The notes under the pieces are model-generated. The model saw nothing but the letters and a program-made list of their open reading frames with translations. It had not been told where the DNA came from and made no database searches. From assembly GCA_934096275.1 (NCBI GenBank), contig CAKOLK010000003.1, positions 28,366 through 92,365 of the forward strand: 64,000 bases of DNA, written 5' to 3'. The stretch is from an uncultured Bacilli bacterium (GTDB lineage Bacteria; Bacillota_I; Bacilli_A; RF39; UBA660). A program made the position numbers and the translations under genes. Positions 30,754 through 42,621 of this stretch are shown here, piece after piece; position 1 is the first letter of the stretch, and every line of letters begins with the position of its first letter.

Positions 30754-31578
30754 ATGAAACTATTAGTCATACCAACATCTATAAATATTAAAAAATATGA
30801 GAATGCCTCTGCATTCCTTTTTGGTTTAAAAGACTTCTCATACACAACACCTATATCTATAACATTAAAAGAATTAAAAAAAATAAAACAAAAAACCAAT
30901 AAAGAAATATTTGTAAAAATAGATAAAAACATCTTTAATAAAGATATAGAAAATTTAAAAAAAACTCTATTAGAGCTAGAAAAACTAAATATAAATGGAA
31001 TCTTCTTTTATGATTTATCAGTATTATCATTATCAAAAAAACTAAACTTAAAAACTCCATTAATATGGAATCAAAACTTTTTTGTAACCAATTATAAAAC
31101 TTGCAATCATTATGAAGCCCAAGGAGTCTATGGAGCAGTAACCTCATCTGAAATAACACTACAAGAAATCCTAGAAATAAGAAAAAATACTAACTTTAAA
31201 CTATTTGTTAATATATTTGGTTATCAAATGATGGCATTTTCTAAAAGAAAACTAATTACTAATTACTTTAAATACTTAAAAAAGAAAAACTACAAAAGAA
31301 ATAACTATATAATTGAAAAAGATAAAAAGTTCTTAATAAAAGAAACAAAAGAAGGAACAATGATCCTATCAGATAAAATATTAAATGGATTAAAATATAA
31401 GAATGAGTTAGAAAAATCTAAAATAGATTACTTAATATTAGATCAAACAATGATAAAAGATAAAGACTTTAAAAAAGTATTACAAGCTATAAAAAATAAT
31501 AAAGATATAGACAATATTATTCCCAATACAGATACTTTATTCCTAGATAAAAAAACAATATATAAGGTGAAAAGATGA
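30754..31578 (+). CDS. peptidase U32 family protein (YrrN-like)
   Basis: Position and size match yrrN upstream of the U32 peptidase yrrO. Confidence 0.5.
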   Translation: MKLLVIPTSINIKKYENASAFLFGLKDFSYTTPISITLKELKKIKQKTNKEIFVKIDKNIFNKDIENLKKTLLELEKLNINGIFFYDLSVLSLSKKLNLKTPLIWNQNFFVTNYKTCNHYEAQGVYGAVTSSEITLQEILEIRKNTNFKLFVNIFGYQMMAFSKRKLITNYFKYLKKKNYKRNNYIIEKDKKFLIKETKEGTMILSDKILNGLKYKNELEKSKIDYLILDQTMIKDKDFKKVLQAIKNNKDIDNIIPNTDTLFLDKKTIYKVKR

Positions 31579-32756
31579 AAAGAGTAGAACTACTTTCTCC
31601 AGCAGGAGACCTAGAAAAATTAAAAATTGCTTATCTTTATGGAGCAGATGCTTGCTACATCGGAGGACAAGAATTTAGCTTAAGAGCAAATGCTAATAAC
31701 TTTTCTCTTGAAGAGATAAAACAAGCAGTAGACTATGCCCATAAACTAAATAAAAAACTATATGTAACTACTAATATTGTTTTTCATAATGAAAACTTAA
31801 ATGGAATAATAGACTATCTAAAATATCTAGAAAAAATAAAAGTTGATGCAATAATCTTAAGTGATCCCTTATTAATAGACATAGTAAAAAAATATACACC
31901 AACCTTAAGAATACATATAAGTACTCAGGCTTGTACTACAAATGGTGAAACAGTAAACTACTTTAAAGAAATGGGAGTAGAACGTGTCGTTTTAGCAAGA
32001 GAAGTATCCAAAGAAGATATGAAAGAAATATATGATAAAACACATATGGATTTAGAAGTCTTCTTACACGGTGCAATGTGTACATGCTATTCTGGAAGAT
32101 GTGTTTTATCAAATTACTTTACCAATAGAGATTCCAATCGCGGAGGATGTGCCCAAGTATGTAGATTTGTCTTTGATTTAGATAAAAAAAGAAACACAAA
32201 ATACTCAATTGCAACCAAAGACTTAAATCTTTCAAGTAAAATTAAAGACCTAATAGAAACAGGAGTTGCATCTTTAAAAATCGAAGGAAGAATGCGTAGT
32301 ACCTATTACGTTGCAACAGTAATTAATAGTTATCGAAAACTAATTGATGCATATTATAATAATAACCTAACCAAAGATTTATTACACCATGAACAAAAAA
32401 TATTATCAAGAGTGGCCAATAGAGAATCAACTACTCAATACTTTGATCATCAAGCAGATTATAATGATCAATACTACATTGGAAGAGATGAAGTATCAAA
32501 CCAAGACTTTTTAGGAATAGTACTAGACTATGATAAAAAAACAAAATATGCAACCATTGAGCAAAGAAACTACTTTAAACCCAAACAAACTATTAATATA
32601 TTTGGACCCAATAACATAGATTTTGATATTAAAATAGATAAAATATATGATGAAGATTTTAATGAACTTGATGCCGCTAGACATCCTAGACAAATACTTA
32701 AAATAAAAGTTGATCAAGAACTAGAAAAAGACTCTATTTTACGCGTTAAGTTTTAG
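31575..32756 (+). CDS. peptidase U32 (YrrO/RlhA-like)
   Basis: MKRVELLSPAGDLEKLKIA, EGRMRS, CTCYSGRC. Confidence 0.85.
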   Translation: MKRVELLSPAGDLEKLKIAYLYGADACYIGGQEFSLRANANNFSLEEIKQAVDYAHKLNKKLYVTTNIVFHNENLNGIIDYLKYLEKIKVDAIILSDPLLIDIVKKYTPTLRIHISTQACTTNGETVNYFKEMGVERVVLAREVSKEDMKEIYDKTHMDLEVFLHGAMCTCYSGRCVLSNYFTNRDSNRGGCAQVCRFVFDLDKKRNTKYSIATKDLNLSSKIKDLIETGVASLKIEGRMRSTYYVATVINSYRKLIDAYYNNNLTKDLLHHEQKILSRVANRESTTQYFDHQADYNDQYYIGRDEVSNQDFLGIVLDYDKKTKYATIEQRNYFKPKQTINIFGPNNIDFDIKIDKIYDEDFNELDAARHPRQILKIKVDQELEKDSILRVKF

Positions 32757-32837
32757 AAAAGTACCCAAAAAACTTGACAAAATCCAAAAAAAATAGTATC
32801 CTTTTAGAGAACTTATTAATTTAGAGGTGAATTTAAA

Positions 32838-33311
32838 ATGAATAATAAAAAACCAATCCTTTTAACAAAAGAAGGATATGAAGAAATAAAAGAAGAATTA
32901 AACGATTTGATAAATGTTAAAAGACCTGCGAACATTGAAGCAATAAAAGAAGCAAGAGCACTTGGAGACCTTTCTGAAAATGCCGATTATGATGCTGCAA
33001 GAAATGAACAAGCTGAAATAGAAGCAAAAATTAAAAAATTAGAAACTATTTTAGAAAACGTTCAAATAATTGAATCAGTTAGTACTGATGAAGTAGGAGT
33101 AGGAACAACAGTAAAAATTGCCTATATTGACGATGAAGATGATGTTGATCAATACAAGATAGTTGGTTCTCAAGAAGCAGACCCATTTGAAAGCAAAATA
33201 TCAAATGAATCTCCAATTGCTAAAGCCCTAATGGGACACAAAGTCGGAGATATCGTTTCAGTAGAAAGTCCAAATGGAAGTTACGAAGTAAAAGTAATAG
33301 AAATTAACTAA
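32838..33311 (+). CDS. greA: transcription elongation factor GreA
   Basis: N-terminal coiled coil plus a C-terminal FKBP-like domain. Confidence 0.9.
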   Translation: MNNKKPILLTKEGYEEIKEELNDLINVKRPANIEAIKEARALGDLSENADYDAARNEQAEIEAKIKKLETILENVQIIESVSTDEVGVGTTVKIAYIDDEDDVDQYKIVGSQEADPFESKISNESPIAKALMGHKVGDIVSVESPNGSYEVKVIEIN

Positions 33312-33364
33312 AAACAGATGAAATTAATCTGTTTTTTTTGTATAATATTAAGTGGTGAAGCAGT

Positions 33365-35902
33365 ATGAAAAGATGTGAAGTAGATAAAAATAAACTTTCT
33401 CCAATGATGTTACAATATTTAAACATAAAAGAACAAAACGAAGATGCAATCATCTTTTTTAGACTTGGAGATTTTTATGAAATGTTTTTCGAAGACGCAG
33501 AATTAGTATCTCGTCTTTTAGAATTAACCTTAACAGGAAAAAATTGTGGTTTAGAACAAAGAGTACCAATGTGTGGTATACCATACCATGCTTATTTAGG
33601 ATACTTAGAAAAACTAGTTAGTTTAGGATATAAAGTAGCAATATGTGAACAATTAACACCACCTGATAAAAAAGGAGTAGTAGAGCGAGGAGTAGTGCAA
33701 ATAGTAACCAGAGGTACCCTTATGGACTCCTCTGCATTAGATGAGAAAACTAATAACTATATAGGAAGTATCTATGACTATAATCATTGCTATGCTATAA
33801 GCTATGCTGATATATCAACCGGAGTTATGTACTCAGTTCTAATAGACTATGATGAAGAAAAACTAATTAATGAAATAATAAGAATAGATATAAAAGAACT
33901 AATTGTAAATGATAAAATAAATCGTAAGATAATTAATACACTAAGAGAAAAATACAATATCTTAATAACTATAAGTAATAACTTTCTTGAAAATAAATAT
34001 GAACATACCTATGAAAACATTCAAGATATTAGAATTACAAACTCTATAAAACATTTACTATTCTATCTTCAAGAAATGAAAAAAGGAAACTTAAACCATC
34101 TTCAAAAAAGTATTATTATAGATAAAAATGATTCATTAGAAATAGATATCCATTCTAAAAGAAACCTTGAATTAGTAGAAACTCTAAGACTAAAAGAAAG
34201 AACATATTCACTTTTATGGATGCTTGATAAAACAAAAACAGCAATGGGATCTAGACTACTTAAAAAATGGATAGAAAGCCCTTTAGTAAATAGACAAAAA
34301 ATAGAAAAAAGATATGAACTAATATCAACACTACTTACAGAATTTATCCTAAAAGAAGAACTAAGAGACTTACTAAACAATGTCTATGACTTAGAAAGAC
34401 TATCAGGAAGAATAGCATATGGTAACTTAAATGCTAGAGACTTAATCCAATTAAAAAACTCAATCAAAACATTCCCAGAAATTAAAAAAATATTAAAAGA
34501 AATAAACTATGAAGATACATTTGATACTCTTGATGACTTAAAAGACTTACTAGAAAAATCAATAAATGAAGATGCACCAATAACCATAAAAGAAGGAAAT
34601 ATTATAAAACCAGGTTATAACGAAGAACTAGATAATCTAAAAAGTCTTTCAAGCGGAGGAAAAGATTTTATCCTAAAACTAGAACAACAAGAAAAAGAAC
34701 GTACAGGTATTAAAAACCTAAAAGTAGGATTTAATAAAGTATTTGGATACTACATCGAAGTATCTAAATCAAATATAGATCAAATAAAAGAAGAATATGG
34801 CTATGTAAGAAAACAAACTCTTACAACTGGAGAAAGATATATAACTAGAGAACTAAAAGAAAAAGAAGACATAATATTAAACTCTGAAGAAAAAAGTATA
34901 GCTATGGAATATAAACTATTCATAGAAATAAGAGATGAAGTAAGAAAATATATTACAAAAATACAACAAGCAGCAAAAGTAATAAGTGAAATAGATGTCT
35001 TAGTATCCCTTGCCAATGTCGCAGAACAAAATAACTTTACAAAACCAACCCTAACAGAACAAAGAAACGTTTATATAAAAGAAGCAAGACACCCAGTTGT
35101 CGAAGTAGTATCTAAAAAAGAATATGTTCCAAACGATATAATAATGGATGAAAAAACTAACATCCTCTTAATAACAGGACCTAACATGAGTGGTAAATCA
35201 ACTTATATGAGAATGTTTGCCATAATAGTAATAATGGCCCAAATAGGATCATTTGTACCTGCTAAAGAAGCAAAACTACCAATATTTGATAAAATATTTA
35301 CAAGAATCGGTGCAAGCGATGATCTAGTAAGTGGAGAATCAACATTCATGGTAGAAATGAAAGAAGCTAATAATGCTGTATCAAATGCCACAAAAAATAG
35401 TTTAATACTATTTGATGAACTAGGAAGAGGAACAGCAACATACGATGGAATGAGCCTTGCCCAAGCAATACTTGAATACATTCATGATCATGTAAAAGCA
35501 AAAACATTATTCTCAACCCATTACCATGAATTAACAACCCTTGATAAAAAACTAAGAAATCTAAAAAATATCCATGTAAGCGCTATCGAAGAACAAGGAT
35601 CAATAACATTCTTACATAAAATAAAACAAGGACCAGTTGATAAAAGTTATGGTATACACGTTGCATCATTAGTAAACCTTCCAGATGAAATAATAACAAG
35701 AGCAAAAGAAATACTAGATGTATATGAAAATAAAAAACCTAAAAAAGAAATATATGAACAAACAACATTAAACTTAGACTTTAATACCCAAGAAGAATCT
35801 AAAATAGAAAAAAGATTAAAAGAAATAAATCCTCTAGAAATAACCCCACTAGAAGCCTTAAACATTCTAGATGAATTAAAAAAAGAATTAAAAGAAAAGT
35901 AG
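33365..35902 (+). CDS. mutS: DNA mismatch repair protein MutS
   Basis: LGDFYEMFFEDA; Walker A GPNMSGKST. Confidence 0.95.
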   Translation: MKRCEVDKNKLSPMMLQYLNIKEQNEDAIIFFRLGDFYEMFFEDAELVSRLLELTLTGKNCGLEQRVPMCGIPYHAYLGYLEKLVSLGYKVAICEQLTPPDKKGVVERGVVQIVTRGTLMDSSALDEKTNNYIGSIYDYNHCYAISYADISTGVMYSVLIDYDEEKLINEIIRIDIKELIVNDKINRKIINTLREKYNILITISNNFLENKYEHTYENIQDIRITNSIKHLLFYLQEMKKGNLNHLQKSIIIDKNDSLEIDIHSKRNLELVETLRLKERTYSLLWMLDKTKTAMGSRLLKKWIESPLVNRQKIEKRYELISTLLTEFILKEELRDLLNNVYDLERLSGRIAYGNLNARDLIQLKNSIKTFPEIKKILKEINYEDTFDTLDDLKDLLEKSINEDAPITIKEGNIIKPGYNEELDNLKSLSSGGKDFILKLEQQEKERTGIKNLKVGFNKVFGYYIEVSKSNIDQIKEEYGYVRKQTLTTGERYITRELKEKEDIILNSEEKSIAMEYKLFIEIRDEVRKYITKIQQAAKVISEIDVLVSLANVAEQNNFTKPTLTEQRNVYIKEARHPVVEVVSKKEYVPNDIIMDEKTNILLITGPNMSGKSTYMRMFAIIVIMAQIGSFVPAKEAKLPIFDKIFTRIGASDDLVSGESTFMVEMKEANNAVSNATKNSLILFDELGRGTATYDGMSLAQAILEYIHDHVKAKTLFSTHYHELTTLDKKLRNLKNIHVSAIEEQGSITFLHKIKQGPVDKSYGIHVASLVNLPDEIITRAKEILDVYENKKPKKEIYEQTTLNLDFNTQEESKIEKRLKEINPLEITPLEALNILDELKKELKEK

Positions 35903-35910
35903 GTGATTAA

Positions 35911-36756
35911 ATGGGAACACTATACGTTGTAGCAACCCCAATAGGTAATTTAAATGACATGACTAAAAGAGCAATACAAACACTAAAAGACGTAGATATT
36001 ATTCTATGCGAAGACACAAGACATAGTCTAAAATTACTAAATCATTATGAAATAAAAAATAAATTAATTTCATACCATAAATTCAATGAAAAAGAAAGAA
36101 CACAAAGTATAATAAACTATCTAAAAGAAGATAAACAAATAGCAATAATAACAGATGCAGGAACACCATGTATATCAGATCCAGGATACATTCTAATTAA
36201 AGAAGCAAGACTAAATAATATAAACATTACCCCAATCGGAGGTATATCAGCATTAATAACAGCACTATCAATAAGTGGACTAAAATCTGATAACTTTACC
36301 TTCTATGGATTCTTTCCAAGAGAACAAAAAGATAAAAAAGAATTAATTAAAAACATAAAAGATAGTAATATAAATACTTTTATCTTTTATGAAAGCCCTA
36401 ATCGTATTATAAAGACACTAGAATACTTAAGAGAGGAATTAGAAGATATTAATATAAGTGTATCAAGTGACTTAACTAAATTACATGAAAAAAATTACTA
36501 TGGACAAATAGACAAAGTAATAAAAGAGTTAAAAGATAATGAAAATGCAACAAAAGGGGAATATACTTTTATAATAGAAACAAAAAACACTCCAAAAGAA
36601 GAAATAAATCTTTCAATCGAAGCTCAGTTAATAGATATAATAATAAAAAATAAAACCTCACTAAAAGAAGCAATAAATATTTTAAATGAAAAAACAAATT
36701 ATAAAAAGAAAGATATTTATAATGCCAGTTTAAATCTAAAAGATATAAAGTTTTAA
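35911..36756 (+). CDS. rsmI: 16S rRNA (cytidine1402-2'-O)-methyltransferase
   Basis: MGTLYVVATPIGNLNDMT...LCEDTRHS. Confidence 0.9.
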   Translation: MGTLYVVATPIGNLNDMTKRAIQTLKDVDIILCEDTRHSLKLLNHYEIKNKLISYHKFNEKERTQSIINYLKEDKQIAIITDAGTPCISDPGYILIKEARLNNINITPIGGISALITALSISGLKSDNFTFYGFFPREQKDKKELIKNIKDSNINTFIFYESPNRIIKTLEYLREELEDINISVSSDLTKLHEKNYYGQIDKVIKELKDNENATKGEYTFIIETKNTPKEEINLSIEAQLIDIIIKNKTSLKEAINILNEKTNYKKKDIYNASLNLKDIKF

Positions 36757-36856
36757 ATAAATCATTGAAAAACGCTCAAAAATATTGTATTATTAATTTA
36801 TAAGAATAATAGACAATATTTTTTAATTTTTGTCTAAAGATTAAGGAGGAAAAAAT

Positions 36857-38348
36857 ATGAACAAATATTCGATTGGGGGGGGGGCAAAAATTAACTAACC
36901 CTAATAGAAAGAAAGTGCTATTTATGATATCTTTATCATTATTTATGGTAGCAATATTATCTTTTGGGGCATACGCCTTATGGAATAGTGAACTACTTAC
37001 TGGTAATAATAGTATAACTACAGGACAAGTAAAGATGAGTTATACTGAATCAAATGAAATAGGAATGAATAATGCATTACCTATTAAAGATAGTGAGGGT
37101 AAGGTATTAACTAATTACTTTGATTTTAAAGTTCTTTCTTATATTAAAACAAGAGCAAATGATGATACACAAAGAAAACTAAATTATAACATAGTACTAG
37201 AACCATTAACAGTAGAAACACCTTTAAACGACAATGAGATAAAAGTGTATCTAACTATGGTGGAGAATGGAAATGAGACAGTAGTAGTTGAACCTACAAC
37301 AATTGATCAACTAAATAATAAAGTTTTAAGTTCTAAAGAAGAAATATTTTCAAATAATAAAGCAGAAGTAGTAACAAGTTATAGACTTAGAGCTTGGATT
37401 GATGAGAGTGTAGATACAACTAAACTTAATGAAAAGAAATATAGTTATAGATTTAGAGTAAATATTAATAATGAAGCTGCACCAGTAAAAGAAGATCATG
37501 CACTTACTTTTGCTAAATCTAAAGTTGGAACAGATGGATTAGAACAAATAACTCATACAATAGATAATACATTACAAGTAGATAGTAAGTTTGCAACAGA
37601 ATATAGATATCGTGGAGGAGATTCAGTAGTAAAAAATTATGTAACATTCAATAATGAAACATGGAGAATAATTGGAGTAATACCTACTGAAGATACAGAT
37701 GGTAATGTGGAAAATCGAATTAAGATAATAAGAGATGCATCTATAGGAAATATGGAATGGAATACTACAGAAGATACAACAACTAGTTCATATAATAACT
37801 GGGTAACAGGAACATTAAATACATACTTAAATAATGATTATTATAATACATTAACAAGTGATGCAAAATACATGATAGGGACAGCAAAATATTATCTTGG
37901 GGGATACAATACTTCACAAATAACAACTGATGTAATGTGGCAATATGAAAGAAAAAATGAAGCAAATAGAACAGGTTACTATTATGGAACAAACCCAATA
38001 ATGTTAAATGATACAAGTAAAAAGATAGCAATAATGTATGCAAGTGATTATGGATATGCAGCATCAAAAGAATGTACAAGTAACTTATTTGATTATGATG
38101 ATACAAGTTGTAAAACAACAAATAACTGGCTAGATAAGAGTGAAACTACATGGTTACTTGCACAATATTCTGATAGCCACGAACACGCATTTTATATAGA
38201 TAGGGGAGAGTACGTTGCTCTGCCTAGTTCTAATGGATATGTATATGGTGATATTTACGCAGTGCAACCTGTCCTAACTTTATCATCCAATGTAAAAATA
38301 TCAAGTGGCTCAGGTACAAGTTCTGACCCATACAAATTAAGCCTATAA
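36857..38348 (+). CDS. phase-variable surface protein family member C; RBS-linked ATG currently out of frame
   Basis: aaggaggaaaaaatATG at 36857. G10 tract at 36875-36884; 9 or 12 G would fuse the MNKYSIGGG leader to the 491-aa ORF. C-terminal domain is homologous to member A. Confidence 0.7.
36875..36884 (+). repeat. poly-G (G10) phase-variation tract
   Basis: 10 consecutive G. Confidence 0.8.
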
Positions 38349-38438
38349 GGACTCCAAGTCCTTTTTATTTTATAAACTTTTCCTTTACTTTCCCCTAAAA
38401 AAGTGGTATAATAAGCCTCAATTAACGGGGGTAGTAAA

Positions 38439-38933
38439 ATGAATAATAAAATATCAGGATATATAATACAAATGCTTTTTACAATAATCATACTAATAAC
38501 ATCAACATTCATCTGGATAGAAAATCAAGATAAAAAAATAGATTTTATAACACTAGATAACAAAATCTACATTGAAGAATTATCAAATCCAATTACCTTA
38601 TCAAATGTTTATCCTACAAAAGATGAAGATGGTATTAAAGAACAAGGATATACTTTTCAAGTAATAAATAACTCAAATAAAGAAGAAGTAACATTCTATT
38701 TACAAAACACTCTAGAAGAACAAGAAAACAGTCTAAACTATAAATACATAAGATACCAAGTAACTAAAAACAACAAAGTAATAGTAAAACCCACTAATAT
38801 AAAAGAAAATGGTATTCTATTTACTGATGATAATACTAATGAAAGTACATACGAAATAAAAATGTGGATAGACTATAACTCAGACAACAATGTATATGGT
38901 AAAAACTTTTCAACAAAATTAGCGCTTTTATAG
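38439..38933 (+). CDS. membrane-anchored short paralog of the N-terminal domain of family members A/C
   Basis: TM helix followed by a beta-rich domain ending STYEIKMWIDYNSDNN (compare HEYEIMMWISNVATN in A). Confidence 0.4.
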   Translation: MNNKISGYIIQMLFTIIILITSTFIWIENQDKKIDFITLDNKIYIEELSNPITLSNVYPTKDEDGIKEQGYTFQVINNSNKEEVTFYLQNTLEEQENSLNYKYIRYQVTKNNKVIVKPTNIKENGILFTDDNTNESTYEIKMWIDYNSDNNVYGKNFSTKLALL

Positions 38934-38977
38934 TGCTATTTTTTTTATTTTGATTTATAATTTAATTAGGTGGTAAC

Positions 38978-39895
38978 ATGCAAGAAACAAAACAAATATT
39001 TAATAAAAACAAATACAATAACGAAGTACTAAGAAAAAACTACATCACTGCATTAAAAGATAAAAAAGTATTAGAACTAAGAAAAAGAATAAATGCAAGT
39101 GATGAAACACTAGAAAAACACGTTCCTAATCTAATAGATTCAGCAATTCAGTTTGATAACTGCCTAAATTGCAAAGGACTACAAAACTGTAAAAACGAAA
39201 TACAAGGATACTGCTATTACCCAAAAGAAGAAAACAATACTATAACTTTCTCATACGTAGCATGTAAATATAAAAACAATGAACTAAAAAAAGACAAATA
39301 TAAAGAAAACATTGACTTATATAACGTTCCAACATCAATAAAAAATGCTTGTATGAAAGATTTATATACAGATGATAAATCACGTATTGAACCAATAAAA
39401 TACATTAATAATTATTACAATACATATAATACCAATAGACAAAAAGGACTATACCTATATGGAAACTTTGGAAGTGGAAAAACATATATAATCGCAGCAC
39501 TTCTAAATGAATTTGCTAAAAAAGATATAAAATCTGCGATTATATACTTTCCAGAATTTCTAAGAACCTTAAAAGAATCATTCTCAAACGATGAAAATAT
39601 ATCATACAGTGAAAAATATGAATACATAAAAAAAATACCAATTCTTTTAATTGACGACATCGGAGCAGAAAATGTAACATCATGGGGAAGAGACGAAATA
39701 CTAGGAACAATACTTCAATACCGTATGGATGAAAACCTTCCAACATTCTTTACCTCAAACCTATCACTCGAAGAACTAGAAACACATCTTAGCAATACCA
39801 ATAAAACAATTGACAAAGTAAAAGCAAGAAGAATAATTGAAAGAATAAAATACTTATCAACAGAAATGAAAATGATCGGAGTAAATCGTCGATGA
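38978..39895 (+). CDS. dnaI: primosomal helicase loader DnaI
   Basis: N-terminal Cys-rich zinc module; AAA+ GNFGSGKTYI; LLIDDIGAE. Confidence 0.8.
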   Translation: MQETKQIFNKNKYNNEVLRKNYITALKDKKVLELRKRINASDETLEKHVPNLIDSAIQFDNCLNCKGLQNCKNEIQGYCYYPKEENNTITFSYVACKYKNNELKKDKYKENIDLYNVPTSIKNACMKDLYTDDKSRIEPIKYINNYYNTYNTNRQKGLYLYGNFGSGKTYIIAALLNEFAKKDIKSAIIYFPEFLRTLKESFSNDENISYSEKYEYIKKIPILLIDDIGAENVTSWGRDEILGTILQYRMDENLPTFFTSNLSLEELETHLSNTNKTIDKVKARRIIERIKYLSTEMKMIGVNRR

Positions 39896-41730
39896 AAAAC
39901 GTACTAGGTAAATACAAAAAACTAACAGAATCAAAATCATTAAAATGCTATAAAGAAAAACTAAATATAAAAGATGATATAACTCTATATGAACACTTAA
40001 TGCAACTACTAAGAAATATAATAAACTATGTATCTGATGATATAATAAAAGAAAAAGCATACTTTGGAATCTATAAACTATTAAGCTATCTAGATGAAAC
40101 AGTAGAAAATATAAATGCCAAAGACCAAATAAATACTATAAACATCTATTATCTTATGGAAGAGACCATATCAAAAATAAAAGCAATAGATAAATCAAAA
40201 AGAAACTCAAACGAAAAAATAGTAATTTATAAAGAAATAGCAAATAGACTAGAAAACCTAGAACTAAATATTGACTATAATAAAGAAAATATTAATAAAA
40301 CAAGTCTTAATAACTATAACATCATAAGACACTTATTAATAGAAATAAAAGATCTAACAAGTAGTGAAAAGATAATAAGAGAAAATGGTTATTTAATTAA
40401 TGCCTATAATAATGAAAACGATAATATTATAAACACATTAGTAGAGCAATACATAAAAGAACTAATTAATTATATGGATCAAGATATAAACTATAATCTA
40501 TGCTATTATGAAGCAGTAATAAGTACTATATTTGAAAACAAAAAAATAAGAATAGATAAACAAATAATAAAACAAAATATTAATAAATGTCTTTTACTAC
40601 TCGAAGAATATAAAGACATAGGACACAGAAAAAGAATAAAAATGTTTAAGTGGATTAATCACTTAATAAACATTTTAGACGATAGAAACTATAAACCTGG
40701 TATGAGTACTATAAATAATTTATATAATATAAATACATCATTTGAATATGCCATAAGAGAAGAAGGAAAACTATACCATCAATTAAAACAAGATAAATAC
40801 ACAAACCCAAACACCCAAGACTTTATTCTTTCAATAGATGATGTTGATAATTATAATAGAGATGATGCCTTCTCTATATCAAAAGAAAATGATAAATATA
40901 AATTAAAAATATATATTTCAGATCCAAATAGTCTATATGAAATGAACACATTAACTATGCAAGAAGCAAGAAAAAGATCACAAAGCATATACTTACCTGA
41001 TAAAACATTAGAAATGTTTCCAGAACAAACAATAAAAAACTTCCTATCATTAGATGCAGGTAAAAGACGCCTTGCTAGAATATATAACTATACATTATCA
41101 GAAACCGGAGAAGTACTAGACTTCAAAATAGAAAAAAGACCCATAATAGTAAAAAGAAATCTATCATACCAAGGAGTAAATGACTCATTATATAAACAAA
41201 GTGAAATAACAAAAACAATAAATATGTTAAAAGAATTAAAAGACATAATATCAAATAATTATAACGCACCAGAAGAAATAAATAGTGAAAGCTTAATCGA
41301 AGTACTAATGATGTTTAATAATATAAACGTTGCTAAATACTTCAAAGAACATAATCTACCATTACCATATAGATACTTTGAATATAAAAAAAATAATAAC
41401 TTTGAGCACTTTGATCAAACAGATGAAAATACTAAAAAAATAATAAAAATAATTAAATCAATAAATAATACAGCATACTTTTCATCTAAACCAATGCACC
41501 ATGATGCATTAAAAACAGATCATTATTGCTATAGCACATCTCCCAACAGAAGATATGCAGATATCTTAGTAAACGAATGCCAAGATAAATTATATTTTGA
41601 TAAGTTAACAGACAAACAGTACTATGCATTTGAAGAATATCTAAATAAAGAAATAAACTATTTAAATCAAAAAAACCTCCAATTAGCAGAGTACTACAAA
41701 AGATATGCAAAAACTTTAAGTAATAAGTAA
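39892..41730 (+). CDS. RNB-domain exoribonuclease (RNase II/R family)
   Basis: DDVDNYNRDDAFSISKE...LKIYISDPNS...SIYLPDKTLEMFPE and HYCYSTSPNRRYADILVNE. Confidence 0.65.
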   Translation: MKNVLGKYKKLTESKSLKCYKEKLNIKDDITLYEHLMQLLRNIINYVSDDIIKEKAYFGIYKLLSYLDETVENINAKDQINTINIYYLMEETISKIKAIDKSKRNSNEKIVIYKEIANRLENLELNIDYNKENINKTSLNNYNIIRHLLIEIKDLTSSEKIIRENGYLINAYNNENDNIINTLVEQYIKELINYMDQDINYNLCYYEAVISTIFENKKIRIDKQIIKQNINKCLLLLEEYKDIGHRKRIKMFKWINHLINILDDRNYKPGMSTINNLYNINTSFEYAIREEGKLYHQLKQDKYTNPNTQDFILSIDDVDNYNRDDAFSISKENDKYKLKIYISDPNSLYEMNTLTMQEARKRSQSIYLPDKTLEMFPEQTIKNFLSLDAGKRRLARIYNYTLSETGEVLDFKIEKRPIIVKRNLSYQGVNDSLYKQSEITKTINMLKELKDIISNNYNAPEEINSESLIEVLMMFNNINVAKYFKEHNLPLPYRYFEYKKNNNFEHFDQTDENTKKIIKIIKSINNTAYFSSKPMHHDALKTDHYCYSTSPNRRYADILVNECQDKLYFDKLTDKQYYAFEEYLNKEINYLNQKNLQLAEYYKRYAKTLSNK

Positions 41731-41770
41731 AACAAAAAAATCTAATGATTAATATTCATTGGATTTTTTA

Positions 41771-41817
41771 TTGACAATTGCACTGAAAAAATGTTATAAT
41801 TTCAGTGCAATTGTCAA
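41771..41817 (+). promoter_or_regulatory. sigma-A promoter (TTGACA, 18-bp spacer, TG-TATAAT) enclosed by a perfect 18-bp inverted repeat (putative AbiEi operator)
   Basis: TTGACAATTGCACTGAAA ... TTTCAGTGCAATTGTCAA are exact reverse complements. Confidence 0.7.
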
Positions 41818-41823
41818 GGAGGT

Positions 41824-42621
41824 ATGACTATGAAAACTGAAAAGGTAACATTTAAAATTAATTCAGAAATAATTGAAAACTATGTAAATACAATTAATTC
41901 CTTAAAAACACCAATGAATCAAATTAAGAAACTGATAAATAAAAAACACAAACAATATGAGTCAATAACAAAGATGAATGAAGAAATCCAAACATATTCT
42001 AAATCCTATCCCAATGATAAAACAACAATATTCATTGATGCAATTATTCAAATAATGAATGCCAATAATGGAATGCTATCAACAAGAATGATAGAGCCAC
42101 TTGATATAAATAGACAATATCTTTCAATAATGAAAAAAAACAACATGATTGATAACGTATCAAGAGGAATATATTGCTCCACAGATTCATATGAAGATAG
42201 CTATTTTGCACTTCAACAAAAATATAAAAAAATAATTTTTTCTCACATGAATGCACTATATTTTTATGGGTTAACTGAAGAGTTCCCAGATAGCTATACA
42301 ATAACCGTACCGCAAAGATATCATGCGGATAAGATCAATGAAAAATGCAGAGTTTTTTATGTTTCAGATGAAATATATGAACTAGGATTAACCGAAGTAG
42401 AAACACCATACGGAAATAAAGTAAGAACTTATGATAAAGAAAGGTGTATATGTGATATCATAAGATCAAAAAGACGGATGGACTATGAACAAGTAGAAAA
42501 GAGTATAAAAAAGTATTTGGAAAGTAAAGATAAAAATGTAGTTAAACTATATGAATATGCCAAAAAAATGAAAATAGAAGAAAAAGTAATGAAACAACTT
42601 GAGGAAATAAACTATGAATAA
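41824..42621 (+). CDS. abiEi: AbiEi-family type IV antitoxin / transcriptional regulator
   Basis: Family-level match to AbiEi; overlaps the AbiEii gene. Confidence 0.6.
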   Translation: MTMKTEKVTFKINSEIIENYVNTINSLKTPMNQIKKLINKKHKQYESITKMNEEIQTYSKSYPNDKTTIFIDAIIQIMNANNGMLSTRMIEPLDINRQYLSIMKKNNMIDNVSRGIYCSTDSYEDSYFALQQKYKKIIFSHMNALYFYGLTEEFPDSYTITVPQRYHADKINEKCRVFYVSDEIYELGLTEVETPYGNKVRTYDKERCICDIIRSKRRMDYEQVEKSIKKYLESKDKNVVKLYEYAKKMKIEEKVMKQLEEINYE